Below are positions 12,001-27,700 of a stretch of DNA of 64,000 nt, piece by piece. The DNA comes from Tubiluchus corallicola (Eukaryota; Animalia; Priapulida), in assembly GCA_030141605.1 (NCBI GenBank), contig JAQGDQ010000564.1, positions 62,001 through 126,000 of the forward strand, in the 5' to 3' direction. The notes beneath the pieces are model-generated. The model made no database searches. It saw only the letters and a list, made by a program, of their open reading frames with translations, and was not told the origin of the DNA. Both the position numbers and the translations under genes were made by a program. Numbering within the stretch: position 1 is the first letter of the stretch; the number at the start of each line of letters is the position of its first letter.

Positions 12001-15000
12001 GTGGAATACAGCAGTAAATGTTACTGTGGCTATGTGCAAAGCATGTGTGGAATACAGCAGTAAATGTTACTGTAGCTATGTGCAAAGCATGTGTGGAATA
12101 CAGCAGTAAATGTTACTGTAGCTATGTGCAAAGCATGTGTGGAATACAGCAGTAAATGTTACTGTAGCTATGTGCAAAGCATGTGTGAAATACAGCAGTG
12201 AATGTTACTGTAGCTATGTGCAAAGTATGTGTGGAATACAGCAGTAAATGTTACTGTAGCTATGTGCAAAGCATGTGTGGAATACAGCAGTAAATGTTAC
12301 TGTAGCTACGTGCAAAGCATGTGTGGAATACAGCAGTAAATGTTACTGTAGCTATGTGCAAAGCATGTGTGGAATACAGCAGTAAATGTTACTGTAGCTA
12401 TGTGCAAAGCATGTGTGGAATACAGCAGTGAATGTTACTGTAGCTATGTGCAAAGCATGTGTGGAATACAGCAGTGATTTGACAATAAGTACATTACTGT
12501 ATGTACTAAAGCATGTATGCAATACTGTAAGTAAGCATAATTATTGAAATAGTTTACATTATTTTTACATAATGATGTTCACAATGACGACATGAAAGTA
12601 ACAGTATTAAAACATATTATTGTACAAGATATATATATATTGTTGTGGAGACCCACCAGAATTAAATAGAATATTATAGAATGTTCTATAGTATAGTAGA
12701 ACAATCTTCTTACCTTGTAGAAGTTTCTAGAACTTTCTATTTCTAGATTGTTCCTTGGCACTGATATATAAGGCAGAGCTGGCTACTGAAGTTTATTCTC
12801 TCATATTCTCTTGTATCCTCGTATTCTCTCGCATTCTTAGATTCGCTTTCACGTTTCCAGATTATCACATTTACTGTAAACATTTCGCGTTCCTTCATAC
12901 TTTTGTGTTGTAGAATTCTCGCATAATAAACTAGTTTAATTTAACGAAGTGTTTTCTGGTTTTCTCTACGAGCCTTCCGAGAGAAACAAAGCACAACACG
13001 ATTATAATTTTTTTTGTATTTTTTAACTTTTCCAGGGTAACGTTAGCGATTTTGTTGAAGATTTGATAGAAGATGTTGTACCAATTTTTATAGAAAGTAA
13101 ATCTCAAATTTCAGTGGAAATTGGAGATGGAAACCCGCCATATGTAAGTTGTCTCTATTCTATTGTCACGATACGCAATCTTCTACAATATGTGCAGAAA
13201 ATATAGTGTGTTTGCATAGCAAAATCGTTCATAAGTCGGCAATTAAGCTTTTCTAGTTAGTCTCATATCCTAAATCTCCATTTTATGAGGATCATTTTGA
13301 TACCAAGTTCATCTCTCTATGTTATTTCTAAGCTGAGATAATCCATGTTGAAGTTGAGGTGCAGGCTGCACACTGAAAAACATAATCTTGAGAAAATCAC
13401 TGTTAAAGTCAGCCATTGTTTTTTATCGTGTTTCTACTAAACACTTAGCAACCCTACGAAAATGTTGGTTGCTGTGGACTTTGCAAGAACACATTGATGT
13501 TATGTTTAAATCCAGTAGATGGCCATTGCTGATGAAGATCTGGTCTTGTCAACAGAAAAAAAACCGAAGCAAAATAACAGCTTCCACGAGCTACTATCAG
13601 AGTTAGTATAAAATTATACAATTGCAGTACTAGTTTTTAGCCAGAGAAATTAGTACGAGGTTAGAAAATTAAATTTTTAGCATTTTTTAAACATTTTCTT
13701 GAACATTTCATGCTAGAATATTAGAGTCGAATATATTTAGCATTTATTTTAATAAAAAAACAAAAAATGACATTTGTCTAAATTATAGATGAATTTGACT
13801 TTGAGGTATCATAACAAAGTCGACATTTAACTATTCCGACTTATGGACGAATTTTCTTTGCAACTAAAACATTTTAAAGTCAGTTGTCTCACTCTGCTTA
13901 TAATTAATAACACGAATCATTCACTTCACAAATTCTATTATAAATCATACTATGCCATAAAACTGATGTACGCTTTTATAGCAAAATATTTAGGAGATGG
14001 TATGATTTATTGTAGTAGTAATCGCTGTTTTTTAACTGATACGTTGCAGTTTTAAATTCTGCACATATTTTTTATATTTTTGTATATATTTATAGTTCTT
14101 TTAATAGCGAAAGTACTGCTACTTAGCTTTTATTATACATTTTTACTTTTTTATAGCATTTTCGTATCCTGAAATAAACTTTAAATAAAATATATAAATT
14201 TTCGTGCAAAGAAGCTATCCTCGTGTTATTTTATTTTTTGTATGTAAAAAAATTTGATTTTGGTGGGCGGAGCTGCATTAGGTGCTGGAGCAATCAAGCT
14301 CAAGCGGACAAGTGACATGATAACATCATTAATACAAACGCAATAATGAGAGGGAGAATGAAACTAACGGAAGTTACTTTTTTTCAGGAAATGGAGATTA
14401 CAGTAAGAGTTAACGTATACGAGTTCTATGAAGGAACGTTGTCGCCATTTGATTTTCGTATAACTGAATGCAACCCGGATCTAGGCGAAGAAATGATGTT
14501 GACTATTACTTACGAAGGTAAGATTTTCAACATTAGAACTTTTGTATTTTAGTGTTACCCGCTTAATGCTGGTTTACAGACAACAACATTTGCGTAAGCA
14601 AACCAACTGCATGACAGTTAGATGGGCGCTAGCGCAGGAAATATATTATGCTTTGATAGGCATGAAAGGATCATTACCACACAAACACAATTTCGCGTTC
14701 GCACCACTAGTTCACACTGTTACGTGCATTTCTCCCTCCACTAAATAGACGGGCAGTGCCTGCACTTCGAAAACTTGTTGCACAAAAAACAGGTGCTGTA
14801 CCTCTCAGTTGTTAGTTTGTTTGTTTAAGTGTTAGTTTGTGACAAACTACACGTGTTTGACAGCTCATGTGTGAACGCAGCCAGCGGTAAATTTGAAATT
14901 TGAATTTTTATCAAAAACTTGCCTAGTTTTGGTACAACACACTGAATATCTTACAGCAGCACTGAACTTCAATTTTCTCTTTCACAGACACGTGCTCGTG

Positions 15001-17721
15001 GAATACTTTTACTGTTGAAAAATATGTTGGTTTGTGACGTCATCAATAGTTGGGCTCGTCCGTCGTTAATTAAGATTTAAACCTATTATTTAGTTATCAG
15101 AAACACTTTTGCAGTGTCAATTGTGTTAAAATGTATACTTTTTACCGTAGTTGGAAATGAGGTAGTGATATGAAAAATCATGCTGTGTTCCTTTAATAAA
15201 CGGTTTTAGCAAATTGCCTCGAACAGCAATCTGATTGGAAACACGTTTCTCTTCCAGTTGTGGGCGATGAACCAAGCATTAGCAAGAACTACAGAAAAAG
15301 TTTCGAAGTTGAGACAGTCCTTGCTATTGCAGCTGTAGCAAATATATCAGTACTGCGGATTCCAAGCGTACAGGTATGCAACTAAACGGTCAACTATGCA
15401 GCCAAACATTTGCATAAATGCGTTTCAGTTGTGAACGGAGTAAGAAAAAGAAACTGAAAAGAAAGAGATCACTGTAACGGTGACCTTGAAGAAATGTAAT
15501 ATTAATTATTTATAGATTTTCTAATGATTATTACAGGTTGATTATGACACTCAAAACGTCTATTCTACAGCTACGTTGATTGACAGAGCACCTTCATTAT
15601 GTAAGTGTAATGTAAAATAAATTTAAAGGAAAAGTCAAGTATTCTAGGAAGTTAAGTTTATATCAATGTTAGCAAAACATGTTAGAAGGATTTAGTCATA
15701 AGTGTGATGTAAAATAAATTTAAAGGAAAAGAAAAGAAAATTTTTCTAGGAGGTGTGGCTTATTTCAATGTTTACGAAAAATGTTAGTAGGATTTAGTAA
15801 TAAAACTGCAATAAGCGTCTCGTATAATTAGTAAAATCACTTTACAGCTGTGATAATTTCATGTTTGGGCGGTCCCATTTTCAACGCTCATTCTTCTTCC
15901 AATGACGTCATTTGTCCTGAAAAAAAGTAGCGCATGGTCAATCTTCATCAAAAGTATAATAAATTTTTACCAAAAAAATAGATAGCTAATTTTGTAATAT
16001 TTTTGCGTGAACGTTAAGAAAGCTGCAGAAGTTTGAATTAGTTTAAGCAGCGCTCTTACGGAAAGCCATGATGTGTTTACCGAAAGTCACAAAGCCCACC
16101 AGTTGCGTCATAACTTTCAAGTGAGTGGCAACAACCATCACGCCTGAAAATCTCAATACAGCAGTTCACAATTTTATGCTTTATAGACAGTTTTTCAACC
16201 TCGTTATAACGCTCCTTTTATAATTTCAGCCTCGGTATAACACCCCTTGTATAATGTTAACTTTGTTGTAACGCCCCTTTTATAATTTCAACCTCGGTAT
16301 AACGCCTCTTTTATAATGTCAAACTCGTTATAATGCTTCCTTTGTAATGTCAACCTCGTTATAATGCCCCTTTTATAATGTTAACCTCGGTATAACGCCC
16401 CTTTTATAATTTCAGCCTCGGTATAACACCCCTTTTATAACGTCAATCTTTGTTATAACGCCCCTTTTATAATGTCAAACTCATTATAATGCCCCTTTTA
16501 TAATGTCAACCTCGGTATAACGCCCCTTTTATAATGTCAAACTCGTTATTACGCCTCTTTATAATGTCAACCTCGTTATAACACCCCTTTTATAATGTCA
16601 TCTTCGTTGTGATGCCCCTTTCATAACGTCAGCTTCGGTATAACACCCCTTTTATAATGTCAACCTCGTTATAATGCCCCTTTTATAATGTCAGCTTCGG
16701 TATAACACCCATTTTATAATGTCAAACTCATTATAATGCCACTTTTATAATGTCAACCTCGGTATAACGCCCCTTTTATAATGTCAAACTCGTTATTACG
16801 CCTCTTTTATAATGTCAACCTCGTTATAACACCCCTTTTATAATGTCATCTTCGTTATGATGCCCCTTTCATAACGTCATCTTCGGTATAACACCCCTTT
16901 TATAATGTCAACCTCGTTATTACGCCCCTTTTATAATGTCAAACTCGTTATTACGCCTCTTTTATAATGTCAACCTCGTTATAACACCCCTTTTATAATG
17001 TCAACTTTTTATAAAATGTCCCCTTTTATAGTTGTACAACAAGTTGTGAGAGAAGTTGCCAAACTGTTCACACGTGCAATTTTTCTCTCAGAGAGAAGTT
17101 GCACAACAAGTTGCGAGAGAAGTTGTGCAACAAGTTGTGAGAGAAGTCTCCACCTCTAACACAGCATTAGAGATACAATCTGTCTTACAAGCCAAATTGC
17201 ACTTTTAGCATTATGCACAAAATAGCAACGTTAAGGGCGATTATGACGATGGTGATGCTGATGACGACAGTGGGACAACAGAGATGAAAATGATAAAAAT
17301 TGTTTTTATTCTGTTAAGCATACTTCTCTTCGAGGGATGGTCCAGAGACGGTGCCAGCATCTTGGCAGAAAGATGACTTCTCTATCACCTCCGCCAGCGA
17401 CTGTGCAGACTTGTGTCTAGAGAACGATTGCGATATCTTCGGTTTTTGTGAATACACCATAAACTTAGTCGATCCGCCATGTCGTTTACTGAGATTTCCC
17501 GTTGAAGGGGGAGAGTCGTTTGTCACTCAGTTCGATAAGTATTGTAGGTTGTATGAAAGTAAGTGAATATTTCTATTTTTTTACAACCGTATCGAATGAG
17601 TAATTTTTTTATGTAAACACAAAACTAAGTAAGCGATTGCATTTGATAAACGTAAGATTTAATAATGATAATGATAATCATGACGATGATGATGATGATG
17701 ATGATGATGATGCTTGTGATG

Positions 17722-17752
<31 letters not shown>

Positions 17753-19830
17753 GGATGATGGTGATGATGATGACGACGACGACGATGATGATGATGGTGA
17801 TGGTGACGGTAACAGTGACGGTGACGATATTAATAAAGATGACAATGATGATAAGGATGACGACGACGATGATGATGATAATAATGATGAGGATATTGAT
17901 CATGATAATAACAATAATAATGATGATGATGGTGATGATGATGATGACGACGACGACGATGATGATGATGATGGTGATGGTGATTATTTTAATGCATTTT
18001 ATGTGACGATCAAATGCATCTTACAAGTAAAAAATCATCAACATTACTAAAAATAAATTCATAACATATATAAGACCATGGCACTTTTTCAATGTGACAA
18101 AAAGGGAAAATAATAAAAACACGAAAAATTTAGTAAAAAATAAAAGCAATGCCATAAAGCAATGCCATATAAATTGCAAGATTGTCTCAACGACAGAAGC
18201 CTTCATCAAAATAGTTTTCAGACTTTTTTAAAATTGCATGAATTACAGTTAGAGAGATTGACGGAAATTGGCATGCGAAAAACGTGCGAACGTGTTACAC
18301 AGATTCTGTAACACACCACAGACAGTTACAGCAAAGTACATTTAAAATGGAACGCAGATTGTGTAACACACCACAGACAGTTACAGCAAAGTAGATGTAA
18401 AAAGGAACACGATACAAATAGGTGCCTGGAAAGTTGCAGTCATGACAGTACAGTATAAACACAGTTTCATAATTGTTTTACAAAATTATTCAAGCCGTTT
18501 ATAGTATTGAAATCTATAATTTTCCTGCTAACAAATTTTGACAACTACATTCTTCATGATAAAACAGTTACATAAAATTTTAAATAATTTACTTCTAATA
18601 TAAACTTCATATAACATGCCAACATAGCGCAATCTATTATCCATTTCCACTGACACATCCTTCTACCCTTCCTGTGTGATCTAACCTTTCTCACAGTTCT
18701 TTTTTTATTCACTCATCCATTCTTTTTTTATCTGGTTCACATGACAGTGGGCTTATACAAGCCTTTGCTTCTCTAGCCCACTGCAGTACAATTATTCTTT
18801 TATGATAACGATAGTGTATGAAACATAAGAATTTAATACAGTATGATGGATGCCACTGTGTGCTTAATGTCATTATATTGTACTGAATGTGATAATAATA
18901 AATAAGAAAACTTCATATAAAATAGAGTAGATTTGTTTGTAATCATGAACTACGCTTTTACGTACAGTTTAGATATTTTAAGAGTAATTTTACTACTTAA
19001 TTACTATTATTTTAGAGGTGCATTTAGAGAGCAATGTTGTCATAGAACCAACGAACACAGAAGTTTACAAAATACTCGAAAGCAAAATACAATCAGGCGA
19101 ATTTATTATAAGACTCCCTGAATTACTGCAGGATCATAGTGACGTCGAATTCGTAGCGCATCGATTAGTGGACGTGTCGCCATCTGCTGACTTGCACAGT
19201 AAGCTTTCAGCCTTTATTATACCTTTAATACCATTTATTATTAATTTTTTATACGTACCATTTGTTTATTAAAGACTATAAGCCTGTCTACATGTCTGTT
19301 TAAAAGTCTGCATAATTGTCTTGTTGGTCTAGAATGATGCTTTAAATTAATGACCTTGAAGAAGAACCCTTCGTTGTGCGCACGCGCAGTTGCTGCAGGT
19401 CAAAGGTTAAGTGTACCACAGAAACGCGACTTAACTACAACGGTCAGTTGACGTGTTGGTAAGGCAAAGCCGTCTGCAGCATCAGTTCAGTAACTTCAGT
19501 TGCTTTACGTGGAATTTACTTACATTACAAATGCATTGTCTGGTGCACTTAACCTTTGACCTTTTCACGATCACTATTAATCGCTGGAAATAACCGAAAT
19601 AATTCTATTTTAAATTGAGAAAACTGTGAAAAGGCTTATTGTTGTGTTTTCGTCCAATGATAAACAGGCGTACAACATTGTTGTTTAACATTGTTGCATA
19701 ATGGGGATTACAATGTAATTTCGCAACACTGTTGCACATGTAACATGTTGAGTAACTTGCAATTTCACTGATTGTCAATAATAATAATAATGATAATGAT
19801 AACGATAACGATAACGATAACGATAACGAC

Positions 19831-19915
<85 letters not shown>

Positions 19916-22900
19916 TTAATTTCAGTTTATGGTGAAACTTTCTATAAAATAGCAGACAAAGGCAGATATAACTTTGAAGACTCTGCCTATGTTTTAAGAA
20001 CATACAAGGTAATAAAACTCTTTTTGTCTTTTGTGTTTTAAACTTAGACCTAATTCTCTTGTATGATCGGTGAATCAACTTAGTTAGCGTGTGTCTATCA
20101 CTCATTGGCTGTTAGGTGCTTGTTATCAATGCTAACCTGTAAGATAAAACACTGAACGGGAAGAGGTAGGTCACGCTCAAATACATCTTTGCTCAATAAG
20201 TTAAACAGCCAGAATCCATATAGTGAATGAAGGTTTTCTGAACAAGTACTGAACTTGGTCATCACCCATCTGTTTACTCATCAGCCTTAGTGTTGCTCGA
20301 CTTCCATCGCGAACCACATACAGTGACTTTCTTGTTATACTCAAAGGGGAAGAAAAGGCTAATTTAAAGTACATCCTAAGGGACTTCTCAGACAAAGTAA
20401 ATTACTTTGCATTATGCTTGTCTGTTTGAAAGGCTTATGTAAATAGAAAGGGGAATTTCTAATAATTTAAAACGTTGCGCTGCCCATCATGACAGCACCG
20501 CATCGCCATCTCACTGTGCACCCAATCTTAAATCTTAACTCAGAACAATCTACACTTTAAAATATTGAAAGGAAATGTACAATTTTTTCAAGAATGACTT
20601 ACGTGAAAGAATTATTACCACACAAACACAATTTCACGTTCCCGTCACCAGTTCTTCACTGTTACATTTCGCCATTCGCTAGTTAGACGGACACCAGTGC
20701 ACAAAAAACAGGTGCTGTACCTCTCAGTTCAGACGTGTTCGCTTGTGACGAACTACACATGTTCTACAGCTCATGCATATGAAATTTGAATTTTTATCTT
20801 AAAACTTGCCTAGGTTTAATACAACACACAGAATCTCTTACAGTAACACTATACTTGAATTTTCTGTTTCGCAAACACGTGCAACACGCTCGTAGAATAT
20901 TTTTGCTGTTGAAAATTATGTTAGTTTGTGATGTCAGCAACAGTTCGACTCGCCCGCCGTTAATTAAGTTTTTAATCTACTAATTAATTATGAAAACCGG
21001 TTTTGCAGTATTTAAAAATGTGTTAAAATGTTGGCACTTGAAAATGGAGTAGTATATGAAATATTATGTTGTGTTGCTTTAATGAGGCTAGGTGAACTGT
21101 GTCTATGCATTAAAATGGTGGTCAAAATAGCAACCTAACTAACACATGTTTATCTTTCTTTTCTCTGCTAGAACACAGGCATAACTGACTGTGAAAGATA
21201 CTGTGCAACTGAAGAGATGTTTCAGTGTAAAGGGTTCAACATCTGTGGCTATAATTGCTACCTGGTCAACGTCCATCCTGGTCAGATAGACACCTCTGAT
21301 GGGGAGAGGGACACGTCGTGTGAACTGTATGCACGTGAGTTTTGTGCTTTTGATGATCTTAAACTCGAAAACAGTTCATGATTTAATTTTTTTTAATTTT
21401 ATAATTGTAACTTGTTGTTGTTGTTGTTGGCATCCTTCTGTCTCGGAAGACAATGGAGTGTGCGCCAAGAGAGTCAGTTATTGATCACACTGATGGAGCT
21501 GCAGCGTCGACTGTGGCTGAGTAGTCAAATCCTTGAACGTCTCCAGGGCGCACGCCTGGGCAAGGTGTATGGAAATCCTGAGTTGCCCAGACAACAGGAA
21601 CCCCCTCTCTTCCTCCCTAGTGTAGTCCAAAGGTAAGCGGAGCTATACGTTTGGCACCAGGTTGGCTGCAGCTCCAAGGCGAGAGAAACAAAAAACAACA
21701 ATTTTATTTGCAACAATTGCTAATGAATGAATGTTCATTGAATCGTTTAGCTATTTTCAACACTTTACAGGGCAATACACTGACAAGTTCATGACACTGC
21801 AGGGAACTATGGTTGGTGTGAACGCTGAACTTGTTCTGCAAAATGTGAACAGCACCGAAGCTTGTGCAGAAATTTGCTTTGACATGGAGGGTAAGCCTAG
21901 AATTGCTGCTACTAGCAGTCAAAAAGCTTTCTCATAATTCAATTCGAAATTCAGTTCAAAGTTTTCTGACATGTGTTTCCCACCAACTAGTGAAACTGAG
22001 CTGATTGTGTTGCACACCACAAGCACTTGCATCACACGGTGTTAAGAAATTAACACACCACAAATAGTTACTGCAAGTGTTGCTCTTATTAAAGTGCATT
22101 ACGAAATCAGATTATTTAACCCACAGAAGGTGTTGCACACCACAAGCACTTGCATCACAAAGTGTTAAGAGATTAACACACCACAAATAGTTACTGCAAG
22201 TGTTGCTCTTATTAAAGTGCATTACAAAATCAGATTATTTAACCCACAGAAGGTGTTGCACACCACAAGCACTTGCATCACAAAGTGTTAAGAAATTAAC
22301 ACACCACAATTAGTTACTGCAAGTGTTGCTCTTATTAAAGTGCATTACGAAATCAGATTATTTAACCCACAGAAGGTGTTGCACACCACAAGCACTTGCA
22401 TCACAAAGTGTTAAGAAATTAACACACCACAAATAGTTACTGCAAGTGTTGCTCTTATTAAAGTGCATTACAAAATCAGATTATTTAACCCACAGAAGGT
22501 GTTGCACACCACAAGCACTTGCATCACAAAGTGTTAAGAAATTAACACACCACAAATAGTTACTGCAAGTGTTGCTCTTATTAAAGTGCATTACAAAATC
22601 AGATTATTTAACCCACAGAAGGTGTTGCACACCACAAGTACTTGCATCACACGGTGTTAAGAAATTAACACACCACAAATAGTTACTGCAGGTGTTACAC
22701 ATAGCAGGATCATGCTTGGGAGCAAGAAAAATGACTTAGGTAAGGTTCTAGCTAGCTGTTAAAAGTGTTACTATTACAATAGCATAGGCGGTGAGGCGTT
22801 GTCAAGCGTACACAAATGCGTTGTCTGGTACACTTGACCTTTGACCTTTTAACGATCATCGTCAATAGCTGGAATTGTGAAAAAGCTTACTGTTTAGGCT

Positions 22901-24721
22901 TTTGTTGTCTTTCAGATTTTGATTGTCGTTCGTTTGAGCACTGTGTGGTGGCGCTGACATGCAATCTCTTCACTACACATGGTCTGGATCATGACACGTG
23001 GAATATCGGAACAACAACATGCTTTCATTACTCACGTAACGTAATTTAATGAACTAGTTTTTTATGCAGCTTATCGTCTGTAAGCCACTGCTTATTTAAC
23101 GTAGTTGGGTGTGGCAGAACCGAAATCTAGCTGTCAATGATAACGTTCTCTATAGCGTATAGTACTGACTTTACACGAAGGCAACGCAGGTAGAAACCAG
23201 CCGCTAACCAATTAACTTCGTTTACCACTAGGCGGCTCTTGCGCAGTGGCAGCCAAATTAGTGGGGGTGGTGCAAAATTTAAAAAAATTTTAGCCATTGT
23301 TTTTAATACTTTGTAAAACGAAAAAAATACACCGAATTCTAATGTTACCATTGTAATTTTAAATAAACAAACAAATTTGTACATAAAGTTGATAAAATCC
23401 TAAATCAAAAATATTATTTTCTTACGAATAGCCTAAATTGTCGTAGTTGAAGAATATGCCAATACAACGGATAAACGGCTTTTAAACACGTGACAACTGA
23501 CAACACGTACTGCAGTAAGCGACAGTACTCTTTCTACCTAAAGTACAGCGTCTTATCTCAGACATGTGCGCATGGACGCATGCGCACAACAGCTAAACAC
23601 ACCACTGTGCTGGGCTGTAAAGCAAACAGTACTACCCTCACGTGCTCCGGTTCCACACAAGTAAAAAAAGATCTAAAGGAAAAAGACTTATTATATTTTA
23701 TGTTATGGAAAATATTGAGTGAAAACGGGGAGTGCTGCAGTACCACAGTACCTCCATACGAGCTTCCACTTCTCTTGTGGCAGCTGAGAACACCTCTGAC
23801 GTGTTGCATCATGTACCGGGGGTGAGAGAGATGCTGCAGCTTTTTAAGTAACGAGGACGAATCTATCCTCTTGAATATTCCGGTTGCCTAACGCAGCGTG
23901 AAGCTAATTTGTTTGACACCAGGCACAGTGGGGCTAGCCTATTCCGAAGTTGATTAGCCCGATACATATTTTCACAAGATCGCGAACAATAGGGATTACA
24001 TACAGATTCATCCTGCATGGCCTTCATGTAAATTCCATATAAGCACAATATGGCAGAAATATTTCAGCCATATTTGACTGCATTTATATCCTAGTCAATG
24101 AGTTAAACACTCCCAGAAGTGTTGCAGATGAAGCCACTTTGTATGCCAATCCATTTACTAGGTAGAAGTGGTGTTGCTTAACTTGTGCAACTAACTGTAC
24201 ACCGTTACCATTTAACTATTTTTCTCACTCCAAAACAGGTTGTTTGCTATTTTTCACCGGTAGTGCTGGTCATAAATGATTCTCAAGATGGAAGTGATTC
24301 GTTTTTAAGATGATCTACGCTTTAATACCAGCGTCAAAATTCCTTTTTTTTCGGTTTTACCAAAAAATAGTTTACATCAAATTGAAAATAGTAAAAAAAA
24401 TTAATTTGCTATCTAATTGTAATTCAAAATGTGTTTGGTAAATTCCAAAGGTTTGTCCCATTTCCATTTTTTTCAATTTTCAACCAAGCAGGGCAACAAA
24501 CCGTTGCCAGTACCAAACGCTTGGGCAATTTAGGAGACAAATTCTAGGTTTTCAACTCACCGAAGGTGTATTTGTTGTTTACTCTTTCAGTCATTATGGT
24601 CAGTCATGTAAACGGCTGACCAATACACCTACTGACTCGATGCTTGATTATCTGATTGGCCATCTAATTGATCGAGTGATTAGCTGACAGTGGCTGACTG
24701 ACTAACTGATTAACTGTTTTC

Positions 24722-24753
<32 letters not shown>

Positions 24754-27700
24754 TGACTGACTGACTGACTGACTGACAGACAGACAGATAGACAGACGGA
24801 CAGTCGGACTGACAGACAGACCGACCGACTAACTGAACAACTGATTGACAGACCGACCTATGGACTGATTGACTGACTGACAAACAAGCCAGCGTTTTGA
24901 CATTAAATTAACTAACTCATCAGTTATCAAAGCAAATCAATGATTAATGCAAATACACTATAAGTGACTAGTGAATACAGTCTGCACTTGCATGCAATAT
25001 ATTCTGTTTAGGGAACTACGTCAGCGATTTTTCCCAGTATCCTGGTGTTCGTGTTCATCCCAGTGATCCTTCAATAATCTATGGTGAGACGTCTTTAGAA
25101 AAATGTGCCAAAGCATGTGTGGAATATAGCGATGACTTTGAATGCAGGTATGTGCTAAATCATGTTGGTTACAGCTGAGATTTTGAATGCAGGTATGTGC
25201 TAAATCATGTTGGCTACAGCTGAGATTTTGACAGCATGTATGTGCTAAATCATGTTGGCTACAGCTGAGATTTTGACAGCATGTATGTGAAAAGTATGTG
25301 TGAAATACAGCTGAGATTTTGACAGCATGTATGTGCTAAATCATGTTGGCTACAGCCGAGATATTGACAGCGTGTATGTGAAAAGTATGTGTGAAATACA
25401 GCTGAGATTTTGACAGCATGTATGTGCTAAATCATGTTGGCTACAGCCGAGATATTGACAGCTGATGTGAAAATATTTGAGCTGAGATTTTGACAGCATG
25501 TATGTGCTAAATCATGTTGGCTACAGCTGAGATTTTGACAGCATGTATGTGAAAAGTATATTTGAAATATAGCTGAGATTTTGACAGCATGTATGTGCTA
25601 AATCATGTTGGCTACAGCTGAGATTTTGACAGCATGTATGTGAAAAATCATGTTGAAATACAGCTGAGATTTTGACAGCATGTATGTGCTAAATCATGTT
25701 GGCTGCAGCTGAGATTTTTATTTTGACAGCATGTATGTGCTAAATCATGTTGGCTACAGCTGAGATTTTCCCAGCATGTATGTGGAAAGTTTGGGTGAAA
25801 TACAGCAGTGTTTTTGGGCAGCATGTATGTGGAAAACATGTATGAAATACAGCAGTAAATGTTACTGTACCTATGTGCAAAGAATGTGTGGAATACAGTA
25901 GTGATTTGACAACAGGTACATTACTGTATGTACTAAAGTATCTATGCAATACTGTAAGTAAGCATAATTATTGAAATAGTTTACATTATTTTTACATAAT
26001 GATGTTCACAATGACGACATGAAAGTAATAGTATTAAAACATATTATTGTACAAGATATATATATTGTTGTGGAGACCCACTAGAATTAAATAGAATATT
26101 ATAGAATGTTCTGTAGTATAGTAGAACAATCTTCTTACCTTGTAGAAGTTTCGAGAACTTTCTGCACTGATACATAAGGCGGATCTGGCCGCTGGAGTTT
26201 ATTTTCTTGTATCCTCTTATTCTCAGATTCTCAGATGCGCTTTCTCGCTTTCACGTTTCCAGATTATCACATTTACTGTAATCATTTCGCGTTCCTTCAT
26301 ACTTTTGTGTTGTAGAATTCTCGCATAATAAACTAGTTTAATTTGACGACGTGCTTTCTGGTTTTGTCTACGAGCCTTCCGAGAGAAACAAAACACAACA
26401 TATATATTGGTCTATTACACTATAAAGACTTAAATATGTTTCAGTATAACTCATTAGTAAATGATAATGAACGTCTCGACACGAATACATTATTGTTTCC
26501 TTTATATTGCTAGTTTAGAACAATAATATCATATTAGGTGTTGCTGACAGATTGCACAAGTCTTACCTCTCCTTTATAAAATTACTAAAAAACCTGTATA
26601 GCTAAACGTTTGTCTGTCAGTATATTGAGAATGATATTACTTAGTATTATTGTCCAAGTCAGTAGATTTGTTCTTAATCAATAAGCCTAGAAATAATGAA
26701 GTTGAACTCAAATCAAAATGTATTTAACTCCTGTTGTTGATTAATAGCATTATTAACCCAAAGTGTTTTTATCATTTCATAACAATTTTCACCTGTATTT
26801 CACATAAAATCTAAATGCAATTTTTAGTTTAATCAAGATTGACATTATTTTGTTGCCCGCTAATTAAACTACATGTATATTCTTTTCTCTGGATTATATA
26901 CCAAATGTTATAATTTTAAAATCATTAATGTTTCCTAAATTAAACTTGTCCACCAGTGTCTAAAAATCATTTTATCTATATTCGGTAAAGGATAGCAGAC
27001 TAGGTGACTTTATAGTCTTTTCGCTGTCCTTTCTCTAGTTCTAGATCTATCTATTCATTTTAACCATTCTTCAAAACTTATTAGAGATTCTTTTATTAAT
27101 CATATTTAATCGTAGTATTATAAAGACATAAATAAATTGAAATTGAATTGAATTGTCTTTTCGCTATCCTTTCTCTAGTTCTAGATCTATCTATACATTT
27201 TAACCATTCTTCAAAACCCATTAGCGATTAATTTATTAATCATGTTTTATTGTAGTATCATAATAAGATAAATAAATTAAAATTGAATTGAAAGAGTCCA
27301 ACATACCGATTGACCTTTGTCCAAGGAGATCTCCGATAAGGAGCTGGGAGATGACATTGCGCATGCGCTGTTATGTTAACTTAAATCACAAAGGATTGAG
27401 CACACATTATAAAGTTTTTAGAGGAAGCCCATCAAGTCAGAATAATTGGATAATTACATGGGCAGTTGGGCACGATGCATTGTAATGCTTATCCTATAGC
27501 CTTGTGTGTTCATTCATAAACCTGCTTGCTAGGGCAGATCCAGGCAAACAGCATAAACACTAATAACTCCAGATACGCCACACTAGCGTGTTTCTTGACA
27601 CAAAGTTTGCAGAACGAATATTTTACTTTCTATGCAGATTAAACGGTGGATTAATTAAAGCACTGGTCAGATAGTTGATTGACCAAGTCAATTAACTGAC

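Noticed and set aside
20090-20470. Coding-looking stretch, and a similar one at 23860-24130
   Set aside because: Interrupted by stops and no family recognised; probably decayed transposon sequence, which I cannot support further.
27030-27290. ~120-bp local duplication
   Set aside because: Mid-intron and not tied to a splice junction; an ordinary tandem duplication.
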